Origin: Halioglobus sp.
Lineage (GTDB): Bacteria; Pseudomonadota; Gammaproteobacteria; Pseudomonadales; Halieaceae
Direction: 5' to 3'
NCBI GenBank assembly: GCA_047650635.1
Contig: JBLHNQ010000005.1
Span: 18,942-82,941, forward strand
Length of the DNA stretch: 64,000 nt
The notes under the pieces: model-generated
What the model was told of the DNA's origin: nothing
The model's database searches: none
Seen by the model: only the letters and a program-made list of their open reading frames with translations
Shown here: in pieces, positions 61,096-64,000 of the stretch
How the letters are laid out: the number at the start of each line of letters is the position of its first letter
Numbering within the stretch: the first letter of the stretch is position 1
Made by a program: the position numbers and the translations under genes

Positions 61096-62127
61096 ATGGA
61101 TTTAAACGGAAGGAAAATCACCCTACACGACATGTGCCTGCGCGATGGCATGCATCCCAAGCGCCATCAAATCACAGTAGAGCAAATGGTGACTATTGCA
61201 AAGGCCATGGATGAGGCGGGCATTCCACTGATTGAAGTTACTCACGGTGACGGACTGGGTGGCGCTTCGGTCAACTATGGTTTTCCCGCCGCAAGCGATG
61301 AAGCGTATCTCACCGCGGTGTGCAAAGAGATGAAAAATACCAAGGTGTCCGCGCTGTTACTGCCAGGTATCGGCACGGTAGACCATTTGAAAATGGCTGT
61401 GGATTGCGGCATCTCAACCATCCGGGTTGCCACTCACTGCACCGAGGCTGACGTATCTGAACAGCATATCACCATGGCAACTCAATACCCCGGCCTGGAT
61501 ACCGTTGGCTTTTTGATGATGGCCCACATGATAGGCCCCGAAGAATTGGTGCAGCAGCTGAAGCTAATGGAAGACTTTGGGGCCAATTGCGTATACATCA
61601 CCGATTCAGCAGGCTATATGCTTCCCGACCATGTGAGCGAGCGCGTTGCACTGGCCAGAGCTGAATTGAAACCTGAAACGGAACTGGGCTTTCACGGCCA
61701 TCATAATATGGCGATGGGTATTGCCAATTCGTTGGCGGCAGTGGAGGCCGGTGCCAACCGCATTGATGGCTCGCTGGCTGGGCTTGGTGCTGGTGCAGGT
61801 AACACACCCCTGGAAGTGTTTGTCGCCGTGTGTGACCGCATGGGCGTTGAGACTGGCGTAGATTTGTTTAAAGCGATGGATATTGCAGAGGATCTGATTG
61901 TGCCCATGATGGATCACATGGTGCGCGTAGACCGGGACTCTCTCACGCTGGGCTGGGCGGGTGTTTACTCCAGCTTTCTATTGTTTGCCAAGCGCAGCGC
62001 GGAAAAGTACGGTTTGTCCAGTCGTGACATTCTGGTCGAGCTGGGGCGGCGCAGAACCGTTGGGGGCCAGGAAGACATGATTGAAGATTTGGCACTGGAT
62101 ATGGCCAGAGAGAAGGGCACCATTTAG
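61096..62127 (+). CDS. mhpE: 4-hydroxy-2-oxovalerate aldolase
   Basis: [19 protein letters not shown] and [16 protein letters not shown] motifs. ATG at 61096 preferred. Confidence 0.9.
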   Translation: MDLNGRKITLHDMCLRDGMHPKRHQITVEQMVTIAKAMDEAGIPLIEVTHGDGLGGASVNYGFPAASDEAYLTAVCKEMKNTKVSALLLPGIGTVDHLKMAVDCGISTIRVATHCTEADVSEQHITMATQYPGLDTVGFLMMAHMIGPEELVQQLKLMEDFGANCVYITDSAGYMLPDHVSERVALARAELKPETELGFHGHHNMAMGIANSLAAVEAGANRIDGSLAGLGAGAGNTPLEVFVAVCDRMGVETGVDLFKAMDIAEDLIVPMMDHMVRVDRDSLTLGWAGVYSSFLLFAKRSAEKYGLSSRDILVELGRRRTVGGQEDMIEDLALDMAREKGTI

Positions 62128-62206
62128 TGTCAGTCACAGGTAGATTGCAGGTTTATTATGTTGACGGTAATGTCGGGTATAAAGTGACTGGCCGAGCCGT
62201 GTTGAA

Positions 62207-63142
62207 TTGAATAAATCCGTGCAAATTGTTGCCGACATAGGTGGAACCAACGCCCGGTTTGCTTATGTGTCTGCCGACAGTGATGAGTTATTGGGCGTCG
62301 AAATATTGGCTAGCGCCGATTTTCCGCAGTTCATTGATACTATTCGCCATTACATCGAATGCGCTCAACTTTCCCATATTGATCAAATTTGCTTGGCAGT
62401 TGCAGCGACGGTGTCGCAGGATTGGATTGGCTTTGGTAATAACCATTGGGCGTTTAGCTGTGCTGAATTGCGCGAGGCACTGGGCATTCCCGTTACGGTT
62501 ATCAATGACTTCCACGCGCAGGCGCTCAGTATAGACGGTCTGGCCGATAACGAGTTTATGTGGATTGGCGAGCCCAGGCCAACTAAGGATTCAGTAAAGG
62601 CCGTGATGGGGCCGGGTACCGGTCTGGGGATGTCTGGCCTGTTATCGGGCGGACACATCGTGCCCTCTGAGGGTGGCCATATTGGATTTTCCCCTCTTGA
62701 TGATCACCAGCAAGCCCTGCACAAAATTCTGCGGCAGCGATACGGTCGGGTTTCCACTGAGCGTGTCTTGTCGGGAATGGGTTTGTCCAATTTGTACTGG
62801 GCGAACAGTAAGCTACTGGGCTATGACAGGGAGCTTGGCCCTGCCGAAATTACAGCTAAGGCTCACACAGGCGATCTCTGCAGCGTAAAAACAATAGACG
62901 ATTTTTTTGCAATTTTAGCGGCTGTTGCTGGCGATGTTGCACTGATGATGGGCGCGACGGGTGGCGTCTATATTTCCGGCGGTATTGTGCCCAGGCTGCT
63001 CGAAAATTTTGACGCGAAAACGTTTCGACATCGCTTTGAAGATAAAGGTAGGGCATCTGATTTATGCGTCATCGCTCCACTGGCTATTGTGCTTGCCAAG
63101 CAGCCGGGTTTACGGGGGTGCGTGGCAGTACTGAGGCGGTAA
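62207..63142 (+). CDS. glk: glucokinase
   Basis: IVADIGGTNARFA ATP-binding start; GPGTGLG; 311 aa; TTG start uncertain. Confidence 0.85.
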   Translation: MNKSVQIVADIGGTNARFAYVSADSDELLGVEILASADFPQFIDTIRHYIECAQLSHIDQICLAVAATVSQDWIGFGNNHWAFSCAELREALGIPVTVINDFHAQALSIDGLADNEFMWIGEPRPTKDSVKAVMGPGTGLGMSGLLSGGHIVPSEGGHIGFSPLDDHQQALHKILRQRYGRVSTERVLSGMGLSNLYWANSKLLGYDRELGPAEITAKAHTGDLCSVKTIDDFFAILAAVAGDVALMMGATGGVYISGGIVPRLLENFDAKTFRHRFEDKGRASDLCVIAPLAIVLAKQPGLRGCVAVLRR

Positions 63143-63171
63143 CCTTAGCAAGCGTGTATGGCTTACGACAC

Positions 63172-64000
63172 TCAGCTACCCAGAGCTTGCAAATAAAGCG
63201 CCCGGTCTATATTCCCTCCGCTGAGTACAACGCCCACTTTTTCCCCGCGATTGAGATCCTCTTCTTTGAGTAAGGCAGCCAGCGGTGCCGCCCCCGCCCC
63301 CTCGGCTATGTTGTGTGTGTCACTGAAATAAATACTTACTGCCGACAGTACTTGCTCATCCGTTACTGTGACAATGCGTGCCACATTGTCAGCAATGATA
63401 GTCAGTGCGTCTGCGTTGGGCACACGCACAGCCATGCCATCGGCCAGGGTGTTCGCCGTGGGTGTTTCTATGCAGTGTCCACCGGCTAGCGAGCGCGCAT
63501 AACAATCTGCCTGGTCTGAAACCACCCCAATAATTTCGGTATTAAGGCCCAGCGCATTTCTGGCACAGATCATTCCACAGATACCGGAACCAAGGCCTAT
63601 GGGCACGTACACGCGCTCGAGATTCGGTTGGGCGCGAAAAAATTCCAGAGCATAGCTCGCAACGCCTTCAACCAGATCCATATGGAAGGAGGGCATGCGA
63701 TGCAAGCGACGCTCTTTCGCCAGAACCTCTGTGTAGGGAACGGCTTCATCGAAATCTCGCCCATGGATAATCAACTCAGCCCCCAGCGCCTGCATGGCAA
63801 GGTTTTTCTCAGGGTTATTTCCTTCAGGAACAACAACCACACTGGCTATGCCATGGCGGGACGCTGCAAAGGCAATACTCTGACCATGGTTGCCCCGGGT
63901 GGCTGTTACAACGCCGCTTACTTCGGGCTCTCGGACTTGCAAGTTTTCCAGGTAGACCAATCCTCCCCGCACTTTAAAGGCGCCGGTAGGGTTGTGGTTC
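63172..64000 (-). CDS. PLP-dependent threonine/serine dehydratase family protein (N-terminus outside window)
   Basis: The frame stays open to the window edge: ..NPTGAFKVRGG (PLP-Lys motif), GNHGQS, GLGSGICG. Confidence 0.8.
   Translation of the reverse strand, partial: NHNPTGAFKVRGGLVYLENLQVREPEVSGVVTATRGNHGQSIAFAASRHGIASVVVVPEGNNPEKNLAMQALGAELIIHGRDFDEAVPYTEVLAKERRLHRMPSFHMDLVEGVASYALEFFRAQPNLERVYVPIGLGSGICGMICARNALGLNTEIIGVVSDQADCYARSLAGGHCIETPTANTLADGMAVRVPNADALTIIADNVARIVTVTDEQVLSAVSIYFSDTHNIAEGAGAAPLAALLKEEDLNRGEKVGVVLSGGNIDRALYLQALGS

Overview
Mostly core chromosome of a gammaproteobacterium. Gene order resembles Pseudomonadales/Cellvibrionales-type genomes; this is a tentative call from synteny only. 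I saw no transposase, integrase, CRISPR array or recognisable defence island. Left to right: folP(partial)-glmM-tpiA-secG-tRNA-Leu; the metY(tRNA-fMet)-rimP-nusA-infB-rbfA-truB-rpsO-pnp superoperon; an acetate locus (acs-nagA, divergent from a two-subunit Na+/solute symporter, a cNMP/CBS/DUF294 nucleotidyltransferase and a DEDDh exonuclease); the block dksA-gluQ-cbrX-cbrA-cbrB-[sRNA]-pcnB-folK-dNK-panB-panC; sfsA, an M15 peptidase, ppa, a PFK, mpl, an RND exporter, a Lon-N protein, rnt, pyrC and argG; a LexA-boxed dnaE2 without imuA/imuB; type III glutamine synthetase; an AT-richer DUF167-corA pair; secreted M20/M28 peptidases; a thioredoxin-fold lipoprotein next to a beta-propeller/di-haem peroxidase-like lipoprotein; small enzymes; an mhpF/mhpE-type pair; glk; and a partial dehydratase. 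The most interesting signal is non-coding. The cbrB-pcnB spacer carries a near-consensus sigma-54 promoter, a TGTTAC/GTAACA enhancer palindrome and four AAnAAnAA motifs, which fits a compact CrcZ-like Hfq/Crc-titrating sRNA. Other points: an untracked 58-codon cbrX-like ORF coupled to cbrA, a tRNA-Leu 3'-end duplication flanking about 384 bp, two further sigma-54-type promoters, and the uncharacterised sensor-NTase/exonuclease module. All calls come from reading the sequence and ORF translations; no searches or computations were run.
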